From a virus, in the IMG/VR virus record IMGVR_UViG_3300024261_002139, positions 2,921 through 66,920 of that record: 64,000 nucleotides of DNA. One strand, written 5' to 3'. The translations under genes were made by a program, and so were the position numbers. Of this stretch, positions 29,301-38,472 are shown piece after piece; the stretch's first letter is position 1, and every line of letters begins with the position of its first letter. The notes below the pieces were generated by a model. It made no database searches, had not been told where the DNA came from, and worked only from the letters and a program-made list of their open reading frames with translations.

Positions 29301-29985
29301 GGCACTCCAACAACTGGAAAGCGGTTATTTAGGGCCAGGTCTTCCGTTTGCTGTAACTAATAAGATAGTGACTGCTGAAAATGCAAACTCTTTTTTTTCG
29401 AGCATCGTATCTAACGTGGGTATCCCCGGAGAAATACCAGAAATAAAAAACACAGCAAGAGATACAATAATAGAGGAATTGGATGGAACAGAGATCTCTG
29501 TGGTCTCCCTCTTGGAATCCTTGGGGCCTGTTTTTGCATCTCTTGGAATAAGTCAGTCAGCCATCGACACTGTTGTAACCCTCATCGAGCAGCCCTTGAA
29601 CGTTGCCGGCAATCCTTCGGTGACACTAAACAGGGACATAATAGAATATCTTTTGGATCTTCTTGATCCAGGCCCTTCAGCACCAGTTTTCCCAGGCCAC
29701 AAAGTAGACATTCCGTTGAACTTCTTGACTTGGGTTGTACCAATCTTTAGACCATATAATCTTTACCTAGGCCCAGGTCAGATTCTTTGGATTGGAATGG
29801 CATTTTTGCTTAACGAGGCCGCCCTTTATAATCTACCAAAAGCGAAGGAAGAAGCAAAATACAAGATAATTCCCCCAGAGATAGATTTCAACCCATCTTC
29901 TGCTAGTGAAGTAGAGTGTTCTCCGGGAGAAGATGACAATGGCAATCTTTCACCAGGTACAGCTAAAAACTGTTCTGAAACCTAA
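23347..29985 (+). CDS. Very large (2212 aa) hypothetical virion protein
   Basis: Uninterrupted ORF between spike and gp25 genes; many Cys; no recognised domain. Confidence 0.7.
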   Translation: MVEENDNIELPPGDDDEESPLHDDTFHQGEDEEDIIIEDEESPLRDDTFHQGEKQRLDSYGREIEESQGEKRSFVINLFKLKENLDLVSQLLTKYDKDFKESGKSATGLDFLRLASEIKQFQSGFDRSLRRGVASVKRNRDEGKDLFGNEFKTSNGKPSYNRAQIIHSNDYIIFSVRMYDTGDREVESFLQSSNAYVLTGEDMLNFNGGIVNDPTIMNLVANLDEIAEQITFSGLLPQSGPLSLQCGGRNAFSDIASGPGLSNAEKLGDAAADFVTSTATIEDLTWEGFTKKYIYPTVDIEPAKSKKMTSGDAAAFLKSLEKKLKNVRTEAERARDRDKYGAGFKLAISSAREKGFEFTNSSHKLLSNEAKEELKNSLNSFRDGFTEVLDRVSLGCLLKSAAECLLPALSCRDILRGVRFANLPNRLSAAFPNQPRLVEKINKELCKIEDPDGNIDLVLDTIEKFVDLEVLCDVGNWALGGGGGFDLPPFSLPRFDIMDLFGSLRISIDQAVLEFLNEAIIQMILGILEDLASCDNLDALVSGVIDGEIGTDAGVAGDVANLFIKGEDFQPGESSIATSLGNRWEEFETRAEPMFARLIKLEQSSEFNALGGALEAKQDFTARPLQTVFPRKTQKAKTASELLDDAVDQSAEISLDTRELIKFDGEGKEVYESAVDQFGKYTLSSDGKRFVFERQTDDTLIVESVPATPAGVASTVPVPGGQAPGARPGCPDVPEPEIELALPSKKEMQLAQAVAMKEGVYNQLAQRSGTKSARAGIKDFSKLLDDVTVLFAPREVLRLLSGEADEALCKEVQNFANIKHPGLKFMKSPMKICQMFDTLGKITGLDKLQDDILLASAGATIKEVKIPCAPGDDPAENLREKILEDGGLPPEEIKKKLDDIRDKKRDRYNEIADTIANLQDPTISLEEALAPLACGLDPSTREMPPLVDNMLDLTIDTYLQPVQISFNEEVDVYTEAITEQKMETIEVPPTLGSSPTTTPTGGSPPSLTSFEDIGQLLIQLGGGGADEVFGDEERGDMMNPRWAKMINEGFVPANGTPDDPLGPYTEASMEGWSGTGPRSNFGPDSGWPTVKEPTSVIGESLKEGLAKFKIPDNNGEAIFLAGSMGGSTNFSSLLGSGDINLGLSGFFPNSDSNDPESTREVNLNTFVMKYIPDNNGETELDIVTNGSSKMFRPIPGRDSSTLFTLRKTYEKDKQIQNILDNEFNGSNSRAETFAGLIINRLKGGFANQGDPGEEYNDFFQGKHKDLVSGSVEVKAAKVIGNRLLETPASINSTTSMPAPSESSPSQKNAIVSIVDFAASASPAQKACGQNPNLMALDDLKFTMKEEFSRSSCEDRRPVGDGTTEQRGPVVSAAIIGAVMGTIRLFMVDQVLRALFVYDEFRYSENLFVEDDLLMDFTIERMKISIKSQEKNDNYYRIFLKESILTYNRRIKKGDVNLKGDLIPFERKVNKGEIKKKVSGETLEMKEERYLSSLSLVDLEDLATAALKELSKEQMRSVLKKFSFILGGRQPVNFKRELLKETPIVEIKDEETPDRFDGIFAEGIPEGGKFILEKYIRSAKDPSSVEGVGIVEVNDKINSLAEWDRFIQQQSEENSEMNIKDNFNGLWKYGMRLTYIPYIEPDNVPDFSSKVDLDKADTFKTYHEKLENGNIITPIPITTVEIPIQEFEKIEDSLGRVSSLYNSKYEDILLSLMVEDQYFKLIFDYCLSAKESAALLTIYTTMVLNSMEMDKLFVETKGRLKSLLLDVLESTNALKKPDQRFETDTSTELQNAQRSAGQESPGMGLKVLKIILNTPIWIMKGVAEMIDPNVFITSKVQAAGKAGYLIPRLQLKPGWNRAPKLDGDGNPIEGGGCDFVPTAPTTPGKYKTLEAAIADEPQIEDFEGKLLGVIEPKPSDLRIAAIPDQDDGPEALGKTDIVKLATEASVEVMKQLTLLFVATTDPLGGLAAALAITLQPDIPISKNPALALQQLESGYLGPGLPFAVTNKIVTAENANSFFSSIVSNVGIPGEIPEIKNTARDTIIEELDGTEISVVSLLESLGPVFASLGISQSAIDTVVTLIEQPLNVAGNPSVTLNRDIIEYLLDLLDPGPSAPVFPGHKVDIPLNFLTWVVPIFRPYNLYLGPGQILWIGMAFLLNEAALYNLPKAKEEAKYKIIPPEIDFNPSSASEVECSPGEDDNGNLSPGTAKNCSET
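23392..23506 (+). repeat. Diverged 69-nt-period duplication encoding DEESPLxDDTFHQGE twice
   Basis: Copies start at 23392 and 23461, differing mostly at synonymous sites. Confidence 0.85.
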
Positions 29986-30031
29986 CAAAAAGAATGTCGC
30001 TTGATATTTATAGTGTAGGAGAATACGAACA

Positions 30032-30415
30032 ATGCCGGGATTAGCTCCATTAACACCTTTATCACTTGGTGGCCCATACGGTTACACTCTGGTAAACGAT
30101 ATACCCGCTCTAGTAAAGCAGAACTTGAAGATGTTGTTGTTGACAGCGCCCGGCGAAAGGATGATGGATCCTAACTTTGGGGTTGGCCTGAGAAACTATC
30201 TATTTGAGCAAAAATCGGAATCAGTATATGCAGACATTACATCCAACATTGGACAGCAGGTATCAACATATATGCCATTTATAAATTTGGTTGATGTTTT
30301 GATAGAGGATTTGAGAGATGAATCTTCCATCAGTGAGAATTCTGTCACACTGCGTGTTGTATATTCCATCCCGGCGATTGAAACACAAGATCAAGTTGAT
30401 GTTAGTTTGAAATAA
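30032..30415 (+). CDS. Baseplate wedge subunit, gp25/GPW family
   Basis: QNLKMLLLTAPGERMMDPNFGVGLRNYLFE; ATATTTA motif upstream at 30004. Confidence 0.93.
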   Translation: MPGLAPLTPLSLGGPYGYTLVNDIPALVKQNLKMLLLTAPGERMMDPNFGVGLRNYLFEQKSESVYADITSNIGQQVSTYMPFINLVDVLIEDLRDESSISENSVTLRVVYSIPAIETQDQVDVSLK

Positions 30416-30433
30416 AAGAGGAATCTACAACAG

Positions 30434-32239
30434 ATGGCAATAAAAAAGAATGTACCAATAAAATATACTAGCAGAGATTATGCCAGCATACGAGAAGATT
30501 TGATTCAGCATGCTAAAAGGTATTATCCAGATACCTTTAAGGACTTTAACGAAGCAGGCTTCGGATCTTTGATGCTTGACACCGTTTCTTATGTTGGGGA
30601 TGTGATGTCTTTCTATCTGGATTACCAAGCTAATGAATCTTTTTTGAGCACAGCAACAGAATTTCAAAATGTTATAAAACTTGGACAACAGCTTGGCTAT
30701 CGGTTCAAAGAAAACCCTTCATCTCACGGTGTCTGTACTTTCTTTGTTCTTGTGCCTGCCAATGAAACGGGAACAGGCCCAGATGCCAGATATATTCCAA
30801 TACTCAAGAGAGGCTCTCTGTTATCCTCTACGGATGGAAATAGCTTTTTGTTAGATGACGATGTGTTCTTTTCAGACCCAAGCAATGAAATAGTTGTTGG
30901 TAGGGCAGATGACGACACTGGTGTTCCGACAGCATATGCTATAAGAGCGTATGGGAAGATAGTTTCAGGAAAATTTGAACAAGTTCTTATACCAGTTGGT
31001 GAGTTTAAAAGATTTTTGAATACGAGAGTTAATTTATCCAATGTTACTGAGGTGATATCTGTATTTGACACCGAAGGGCACGAATACTTTGAAGTAAGTT
31101 ATTTGTCACAGGATGTTGTTTACAGGCCGGTTACAAACCGCACATTAACAACGAATGATCAAGCCTCAGCACTTCTTAAGCCATTTACGGTGCCTAGGAG
31201 ATTTGTGGTTGTTCCTGCTGCTGGAGGTGGTATTGCTTTACAATTCGGTACGGGAGATCAAAACTCCACAACGACGACTGCAAATGTTGCGGATCCAAGT
31301 AATGTAACTTTGGAGATTTTCGGTAAAGACTATATTTCAGATACTTCTTTTGATCCAACAAACCTTGTAAAAACGGACAAGATGGGTGTTTCTCCTGTCA
31401 ACACGACACTTAGGGTTGTTTGTAGGACGAACGACAGACTCAATGTTAATGCTGGTGCTGATAGCATTACAAATGTTGATTCCTCATTGTTTGAGTTTGA
31501 CAATGAAGTTGATTTGAGTCCTGTCTTAACAAAATTTGTTAGGAATTCTCTGGAGTCAACAAACGAGGAGCCCGTCATTGGAGATACAACATTCCCATCA
31601 GTTGACGAACTTAAAATAAGGATAAACGATTCATTCGCCACTCAGAACCGGGCGGTGACAAAACAAGATTATCAAAGTTTGATATATTCAATGCCACCAA
31701 AGTTTGGAAGTGTTAAAAGGGTTAATATTATGAGAGATCCTGATTCGCTGAAGAGGAATTTAAATCTTTATGTTGTGGCGGAGAATCTTGACGGAAGTTT
31801 AACGATGCCAAACAGTGTTGTAAAAGAGAATTTAAAAATGTGGCTCAATGAAAATAGGATGATAAATGACACCATTGATATAATAGATGGCAAGATAGTG
31901 AATCTTGCTGTGGAATTTGTTGCTGTTGGTGATTTAGAGACGAACCGTTTTGATCTACTTGACAGTGCATTGATAAATCTGAGAAGAGGGCTATTGAGAG
32001 GGAGAGATCTTGGTGAGCCATTCTTTGTAACGGATATATACGATCTATTGAAAGAAGTTGATGGTATTATAGATGTATCTGATGTAAAGGTAACCACAAA
32101 GAATGGAAGCTTCTATTCGGATGTAAAATTTAATGTAAAAGACAACACATCAGCTGACGGAAGATATATAAAGTGCCCAGGAAATGTTGTTTTTGAACTT
32201 AAATTTCCAAACTCAGACATTAAAGGATCTATTGAATAA
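30434..32239 (+). CDS. Baseplate wedge subunit, T4 gp6/baseplate J-like
   Basis: YTSRDY, DFNEAGFG, FYLDYQANESFL, QFGTG, QNRAVTKQDY. Confidence 0.9.
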   Translation: MAIKKNVPIKYTSRDYASIREDLIQHAKRYYPDTFKDFNEAGFGSLMLDTVSYVGDVMSFYLDYQANESFLSTATEFQNVIKLGQQLGYRFKENPSSHGVCTFFVLVPANETGTGPDARYIPILKRGSLLSSTDGNSFLLDDDVFFSDPSNEIVVGRADDDTGVPTAYAIRAYGKIVSGKFEQVLIPVGEFKRFLNTRVNLSNVTEVISVFDTEGHEYFEVSYLSQDVVYRPVTNRTLTTNDQASALLKPFTVPRRFVVVPAAGGGIALQFGTGDQNSTTTTANVADPSNVTLEIFGKDYISDTSFDPTNLVKTDKMGVSPVNTTLRVVCRTNDRLNVNAGADSITNVDSSLFEFDNEVDLSPVLTKFVRNSLESTNEEPVIGDTTFPSVDELKIRINDSFATQNRAVTKQDYQSLIYSMPPKFGSVKRVNIMRDPDSLKRNLNLYVVAENLDGSLTMPNSVVKENLKMWLNENRMINDTIDIIDGKIVNLAVEFVAVGDLETNRFDLLDSALINLRRGLLRGRDLGEPFFVTDIYDLLKEVDGIIDVSDVKVTTKNGSFYSDVKFNVKDNTSADGRYIKCPGNVVFELKFPNSDIKGSIE

Positions 32240-33681
32240 TGGCTATAAAGAGATATACAGCAGATGCTGATACAACCATAACCAATGCCTACAAACCGAA
32301 TCTAAGGACACGGGCAACAGATGCGAACATGGGGGAATCTGACATCCTAGAGACGTTCTCCATTTATGCTCAAGCATCTTCGTCTTCTTACGAGAAATCA
32401 AGGATATTAACGAAGTTCCCGATCAGTGAAATAATAAGTGACAGAGCAGCTGGATCTATACCTGCTAGTGGTAGTGTCAACTTCTTTATAAAATTATCAA
32501 ACGCAAAACACAGTGAAGCCACCCCAGAAGACTTTACATTAAATGTTCTAGCCGTTTCGAAATCTTGGGATGAAGGTTATGGTTTGGATATGGAGTCTTA
32601 TAAAGATTTGGGCACCGCTAACTGGATATCCGCATCTTGTCTTAATGGTACTGGAAGTGCTTGGGCCACCGAAGGCGGAGATTACCATACTTCCCCTGTA
32701 TATGAATCTTTCTTTGGCTACGGCACAGAAGACCTAGAAGTTGACATAACACAGCTTGTTGAGGAGTGGATTGACGGAACTAAATCAAATTATGGTGTTG
32801 GGGTCCACCTCACTTCGAGCGATGAAGGTGCTGCTAGGTCTTTTTACACAAAGAGGTTTTTTGCTAGAGGGAGCGAGTTCTTCTTCAAACGTCCGTATAT
32901 TGAGGCAAGGTATGACTCTACCATAAAAGACAGAAGAAACAGCTTTATCGTCAGTAGTTCGCTTTTGGAAGCAGAAGACAACGAGAACACTTTGTTCATA
33001 TACAACAGAGTTAGAGGTCATTTAAAAAACATCCCCGGAGTTGGAACGGGTTCTATACATGTTAGTCTTTACTCTGGGTCTTATTTGCCGGTCGGCAATC
33101 CCCTCACTTTATCAAATGGGAATCAGTCGGTTGAGGGAGGGTTTTACGATACTGGGATATACACAGCATCGGTTGGTGTGTTCGTAGAATTCCCTTATGT
33201 CTATGATGTGTGGCATAACGACTTGCCAGACCCTGGTAGGGTAGAATACACAACCGGGAGTAGAATAAGTGTACTGGCTCATGATGCCTCAAACCAGGTA
33301 GACACTGCTGGATATGTATCTTCGATAACAAACCTTCAGAGATCTTACCGGAAAGGTGAAAATGTCAGATTCAGGACTTTCGCAAGATTTAAAGATTGGA
33401 ATCCAACAATTTATACTGTATCAACAACCAACATCGAAAGTGAAATAATAGAAGATGCATATTATAAGATTTATAGAATTATAGATGGGTTTGAGGTTAC
33501 TGGTTATGGCACAGGAAGTTTAAATCACACCAGACTATCATATGATCTAGAAGGGAATTACTTCGACTTTGATATGTCTATTCTCGAACCTGGGTATATG
33601 TATGCTATCAAACTGGCATATTTCCGTTCTGGGAAGTACGAAGAGCAACCAGAAACTTTTAAATTTAAAGTAAAACAATAG
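32239..33681 (+). CDS. Virion structural protein (DNRLRE-like beta domain)
   Basis: ADTTI, SRIL.KF, WDEG.G, W..EGGD, DIT.LVEEW; context in baseplate cluster. Confidence 0.65.
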   Translation: MAIKRYTADADTTITNAYKPNLRTRATDANMGESDILETFSIYAQASSSSYEKSRILTKFPISEIISDRAAGSIPASGSVNFFIKLSNAKHSEATPEDFTLNVLAVSKSWDEGYGLDMESYKDLGTANWISASCLNGTGSAWATEGGDYHTSPVYESFFGYGTEDLEVDITQLVEEWIDGTKSNYGVGVHLTSSDEGAARSFYTKRFFARGSEFFFKRPYIEARYDSTIKDRRNSFIVSSSLLEAEDNENTLFIYNRVRGHLKNIPGVGTGSIHVSLYSGSYLPVGNPLTLSNGNQSVEGGFYDTGIYTASVGVFVEFPYVYDVWHNDLPDPGRVEYTTGSRISVLAHDASNQVDTAGYVSSITNLQRSYRKGENVRFRTFARFKDWNPTIYTVSTTNIESEIIEDAYYKIYRIIDGFEVTGYGTGSLNHTRLSYDLEGNYFDFDMSILEPGYMYAIKLAYFRSGKYEEQPETFKFKVKQ

Positions 33682-33693
33682 GTCTAACGTGGA

Positions 33694-36600
33694 ATGTCGA
33701 TAAAAAAGCTTTTTGGCGAGAAATCAAATAAGATCCTAACTGCGACAAGTTACGACGACTTGTCTAAGGAAGTTGAATCTAACAACTTTGTTAGTTCCAA
33801 GGCAAAAGAAGATAACAGGTTTGTACCAATAGTAGACTTCTCAAGACCCGAGAATTTTGCTAAATTTGGATCAGCAGAGAAGTATTACACAGATGCCATT
33901 AGGGGAATATATAATACATTTCCTTATGACGGCTCTTTATATGAAAAGCAGAATTGGCTCAATAGTGCTTCTTATATCGAGAACTACATTTTTGAAAACG
34001 AATACCCAAGATTCAATGGCTATATAAATATCGGGGATAGTTATGGATCTACTGGTTCAACTTCTGATGGATATGGAGAAGTAGCTGCTGCCAAAGAATA
34101 TATTTTCTTCAAAGGTGGCCCAAACGAGGATCCGGAAAGGACAAAACTAACAAAAATATTTCCAGATTACGATGGTAAGGCAAACGTATATGACCCTGAC
34201 GAAGATAGGGAAGCAAACCTCGTAATCAACGGAGCAGATGGGCTTACTTTAGAATTTTGGCTTAAGCGAAGTTCTTCTCTGGCACAAGAATCAGATAAAC
34301 AAGTAATTTTTGATGTATGGAACAGTGCTTCTTTTGGGAGTTCTGATTATGGTAGATTTAGGGTTGAAGTACATCCTGGAACCTCCGGAGAGGAAAACCA
34401 GATTTATGTAGAATTGATGTCTGGAACTTCCGGCATATTTGAAACATCTTTGGGGCAGAATTTAACAGTAACTGGGTCTTCCTGGCACCACTATGCTGTA
34501 TCAGCAGCTAACTCTGGAAGCGAACTGTCTCTCAGGCTAAGTGTTGATGGGGTAACGAACGACTCGTCAGTAACAGGCTCTTCTATCGGGTTGGTTACTG
34601 GATCTATGTTTGGCTATGTTGGTGCTCTTGGGACATCTGTTTCTGGGACACACGGAGATATAGGATGGGGTAAGTTATCTGGTTCGGTAGATGAAGTTCG
34701 ATATTGGAAAAAGAAAAGAACAGACAAAGACATAGGCAGATATTGGTTTAGGGATGCTGGCGGCGGAACAAACACCGATGATGCTAATACCTCTTTGGGG
34801 GTTTATTACAAGTTTAATGAAGGTGTAATAGATACATCCAACACGAACCAGACAGATGCTGTTGTCCTGGATTATTCTGGTAGGCTATCAAACGGAAATT
34901 GGGTTGGCTATTCTGTCGGTGCAAGAACTACTGGCTCTGCCATGGTGGAGTCGAATGCTGCCACAAGCGAATACAAAGACCCTGTGATTTATTCTTTTAA
35001 TCCAGAAGTAGTGTCATATACGAACAGCAAGACAGTAGCTGGTTCTGTATACGACACGACAAACAATGCTTCTATATATAATTCGTTGCCATCTTGGTTG
35101 ACCTCGGAAGACGAAGAAGTAGGTGGTCGTGTCTTGCTGAATCTTGTTCAGATAATCGCTGGCTATTTTGATAATCTATATCTACAAATAGAAGCATTGC
35201 CGAGAATAAAAGACTTAAATTATTTTGCAGCAGAAAACAAACCATATCCGTTTGTTGGAAGAAGTTTGGACAACATGGGATTTATAGCCCCAGAGCTATT
35301 TTCAGACTCTTCTGTAATAGAAGCCCTCTCAGCAAGAGACGAAACCAGAGACTACGAAGATAGATTAAGTGATATAAAGAACTTAATATATCAGAATATC
35401 TACAACAATTTAACACATCTTTACAAATCAAAGGGAACGGAAAAATCCTTTACAAACCTTATAAGATGTTTTGGTGTTGATGATGAGCTGGTTAGGATCA
35501 ACGCCTATTCGGATGGCATAACATACGAACTTAGGGACAATGTTAGATATACAAGTTATAAAAAGAAATATGCTGATTTCAACAATGTAGATAGGTTTGA
35601 CTCCACTGTCTTTCAGCAAACCGCTAGCAACAATCCAAATAGCTTTTCCTATATATCTGGCTCTATAGACACTAGGCACATGGGAACGACAACGGAAGCT
35701 GAAGTTATCTTTCCCAAAAAGTTTAAGAAAGGAGACCCTTTCTATTTTGCTACGGACTTTGTTAGTGGATCTATTTTTGGCATGCATGAGCCACTCTATA
35801 CGAGTTCAGACGACACAGCCTGGGCAACTACCGACAGGGGACACTTTTCTGTTTATGCTGTAAGAACAGAAGAAGAGTCTGATGATGTATATTTTAAATT
35901 AACATCTTCTTATATGGGTGTTGAGCTGACAAGTAGTGTTTACAAAGAAGTTTACAACAACGAGAAATGGAATTTTGCTGTAAGGGTAAGAGGGGCAGAA
36001 TATCCATCTCCATCTGGTGTTACTGGGGCATTCTCGGCAACTGACGAATACCTAGTAGACTTTGTTGGTGTTAATGCTACTTTGGATGTGATAAGGAATG
36101 AGTTTTCTCTGAGTGCTAGTGTCAGCAAAACATTGGCAGAAAATCACTTATCCGCAAACAAGAGAATATATGTGGGGGCACATAGAGAGAACTTTACTGG
36201 CTCTGTTCAGGATTTAATACCAGCAGAAAACACAGAAGAAAAATCTGATTTCAAGATATCCTCTACTAGATATTGGTTAAATTATCTTTCTGATGACACG
36301 ATAAAGAATCATGCAAAAGATGCATCGAGCTTCGGCTCAGAGAGCCCATATTGGAATGTAGGGTATGATGATGTGCGAGTTCCAGAGATAGCAACTCTAG
36401 CATTGCATTGGACATTTGATAATGTGACATCTTCAGATGCTGGAACGAATCCGATGATATTATTGGATGACGCTCAATTTACAGTAGAAGATGCTTCTTC
36501 CGGAAATATATCACAAGAAAACAGATATGGGTGGGTAGACGGGATAGTCAACAGACAACATCCGGGAGTAGGTGCTCTGTACCCGCCTTTTGATACTCAG

Positions 36601-37524
36601 GCCGTTGATGTAGAATATGTTTATGCTGCTCGCAAACAAATGCCAGAGACAATAAACAGCTCTGATATGGTTCAGGTGCTGAATCAGGAAGACGATGAGC
36701 TTTTCACCAAAGACACGAAGAGACCAATATCGTTTTTCTTCGCTGTTGAGAAGAGCATGTATCAAGTTATCTCCGATGAAATAATAAAATACTTTGCTAC
36801 CATAAAAGATTTCAATTTACTTGTTGGAAAACCAGTTGAAAGGTACAGACAGAAGTACAAACATTTAGAAAAATTGCGGAACTTGTTCTTTGAGAAAGTT
36901 GGGAATGTTCCCGACTTTGAAAGGTTTACTGATTTTTATAAATGGTTTGATTCCTCTATGACAGAGATGATAAACGAACTGATCCCGGCATCAGCAAACT
37001 TCGCAGACAATATGAGAAATATGGTTGAAAGCCACATTTTAGAAAGAAACAAATATTGGACTAAATTCCCAACACTAGAACTCAAGAGTACACCCCCAGA
37101 AGGCGGCACTCACGGTATTAACGAATTAAAATATGATTGGCAACACGGTCATGCTCCACCGGGAACACTTGTTGATATAAACGAGGTAGAGAGTGAAAAT
37201 TGCTTTTGGTGGAGAGAAAGAGCAGAAAGATCTGGAAGTTTGAACCCAGACAGGCAAGCGATACTTGATACAACTTTGCAGGTTCTTAATCGCAGATTCA
37301 CAACTCCATACGATTTTGCGGTAGACACATCAAAGTTTGTTTTAGACCTAGAGGCTAAAGGTGGTGCGATTTCTATAATAAGAAAGACAACTTCGTTTGG
37401 TTCTGGAAACTCGCTACTAATTACAACAGGAAGCTTGGTAGAGCAAGATTGTAATGATTCTCGTGATTCTCATCACGGAAAAAACAAAGTGAAGCTAGGG
37501 TTCACAGTTGTAATAGAGGAATAA
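33694..37524 (+). CDS. Large baseplate protein with LamG-like domains
   Basis: TLEFW, WHHYAV, GSVDEVRYW, YYKFNEG LamG patterns; LYKSKGT (gp7-like motif). Confidence 0.75.
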   Translation: MSIKKLFGEKSNKILTATSYDDLSKEVESNNFVSSKAKEDNRFVPIVDFSRPENFAKFGSAEKYYTDAIRGIYNTFPYDGSLYEKQNWLNSASYIENYIFENEYPRFNGYINIGDSYGSTGSTSDGYGEVAAAKEYIFFKGGPNEDPERTKLTKIFPDYDGKANVYDPDEDREANLVINGADGLTLEFWLKRSSSLAQESDKQVIFDVWNSASFGSSDYGRFRVEVHPGTSGEENQIYVELMSGTSGIFETSLGQNLTVTGSSWHHYAVSAANSGSELSLRLSVDGVTNDSSVTGSSIGLVTGSMFGYVGALGTSVSGTHGDIGWGKLSGSVDEVRYWKKKRTDKDIGRYWFRDAGGGTNTDDANTSLGVYYKFNEGVIDTSNTNQTDAVVLDYSGRLSNGNWVGYSVGARTTGSAMVESNAATSEYKDPVIYSFNPEVVSYTNSKTVAGSVYDTTNNASIYNSLPSWLTSEDEEVGGRVLLNLVQIIAGYFDNLYLQIEALPRIKDLNYFAAENKPYPFVGRSLDNMGFIAPELFSDSSVIEALSARDETRDYEDRLSDIKNLIYQNIYNNLTHLYKSKGTEKSFTNLIRCFGVDDELVRINAYSDGITYELRDNVRYTSYKKKYADFNNVDRFDSTVFQQTASNNPNSFSYISGSIDTRHMGTTTEAEVIFPKKFKKGDPFYFATDFVSGSIFGMHEPLYTSSDDTAWATTDRGHFSVYAVRTEEESDDVYFKLTSSYMGVELTSSVYKEVYNNEKWNFAVRVRGAEYPSPSGVTGAFSATDEYLVDFVGVNATLDVIRNEFSLSASVSKTLAENHLSANKRIYVGAHRENFTGSVQDLIPAENTEEKSDFKISSTRYWLNYLSDDTIKNHAKDASSFGSESPYWNVGYDDVRVPEIATLALHWTFDNVTSSDAGTNPMILLDDAQFTVEDASSGNISQENRYGWVDGIVNRQHPGVGALYPPFDTQAVDVEYVYAARKQMPETINSSDMVQVLNQEDDELFTKDTKRPISFFFAVEKSMYQVISDEIIKYFATIKDFNLLVGKPVERYRQKYKHLEKLRNLFFEKVGNVPDFERFTDFYKWFDSSMTEMINELIPASANFADNMRNMVESHILERNKYWTKFPTLELKSTPPEGGTHGINELKYDWQHGHAPPGTLVDINEVESENCFWWRERAERSGSLNPDRQAILDTTLQVLNRRFTTPYDFAVDTSKFVLDLEAKGGAISIIRKTTSFGSGNSLLITTGSLVEQDCNDSRDSHHGKNKVKLGFTVVIEE

Positions 37525-37527
37525 GAT

Positions 37528-38367
37528 GTGTCTGAAGATCAAAGAAACATACAAGAAATACAGATACCGCCAGCAGATATAGAGAATGTTGATGTTGCGA
37601 TATATAATTGGCTCAATGATGAAATGAACCTTTTCTCCACCACGAACAGGAGCTGGAAAAAAGTTCCTACATTGTGGGTGTCGGCAGAAAGAGCATTTCA
37701 GACAAAAAGAGACAAGGGGCTAAGAGATAAAGACGGTGCTCTTATCTTGCCGATTATAACAATAGAAAGAACCGGAATAACAAAAGACCCAGGGAAGAAG
37801 GGCATTTACTGGGGCAACATACCCCCCGCTAATGATGCTCGCGGCGGCTCTATAGAAATAACAAAGATTATAAACCAAGATAAGACATCTAATTTTGCTA
37901 ATGCTGCATCGAAAAGAAAGACTGGACAACTAAACTTTGCGATGAAAGACCCAAACAAAAAAATAGTATATCAGACGGCATCTATCCCAATGCCTGTTTA
38001 TATTGAAATGGATTATGCTATTAATGTGAGGACGGAGTATCAGCAGCAGATGAACGAAATCACACAAGCATTTATGTCCAAACCAGGAGGCATAAACAGA
38101 ATTGAGATAAACAACAACGGCTATAAGTACGAAGGTTTCGTCCAGCCAGATTTCTCGCAAGAGAGCAACGTTGCCGATATGGGCGACGAAGAGCGAAGAT
38201 ACCAGACAATCATAACAGTTAAAGTCTTGGGGTATGTAATTGGAGAAGGTAACAATGAAAACAGGCCCGCAATCATTGTTCGCGAAAATGCCGTTGAAGT
38301 TAAATTTCCGAAAGAAAGTGTGATGGTTGGTGACGAATCCCCTTGGGATAAAATAAAGGGCTGCTGA
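37528..38367 (+). CDS. Tail completion/terminator-like protein
   Basis: KVP.LW...ER, LILP.ITIER, PVYIEMDY.I, QMNEI; lies directly before sheath. Confidence 0.6.
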   Translation: MSEDQRNIQEIQIPPADIENVDVAIYNWLNDEMNLFSTTNRSWKKVPTLWVSAERAFQTKRDKGLRDKDGALILPIITIERTGITKDPGKKGIYWGNIPPANDARGGSIEITKIINQDKTSNFANAASKRKTGQLNFAMKDPNKKIVYQTASIPMPVYIEMDYAINVRTEYQQQMNEITQAFMSKPGGINRIEINNNGYKYEGFVQPDFSQESNVADMGDEERRYQTIITVKVLGYVIGEGNNENRPAIIVRENAVEVKFPKESVMVGDESPWDKIKGC

Positions 38368-38397
38368 TAAAGAAACTTCTTTTGGGCTCTTGGACTA

Positions 38398-38404
38398 CTA
38401 CTTA
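38398..38404 (+). promoter_or_regulatory. Putative late promoter CTACTTA for sheath gene
   Basis: (C)TAnTTA motif in intergenic gap. Confidence 0.6.
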
Positions 38405-38472
38405 TTAGAGAAAATAGTGCGATTTTGAAGTAATTGCATACACCATATCACAAAAAACGAGGGCAAGCAATA

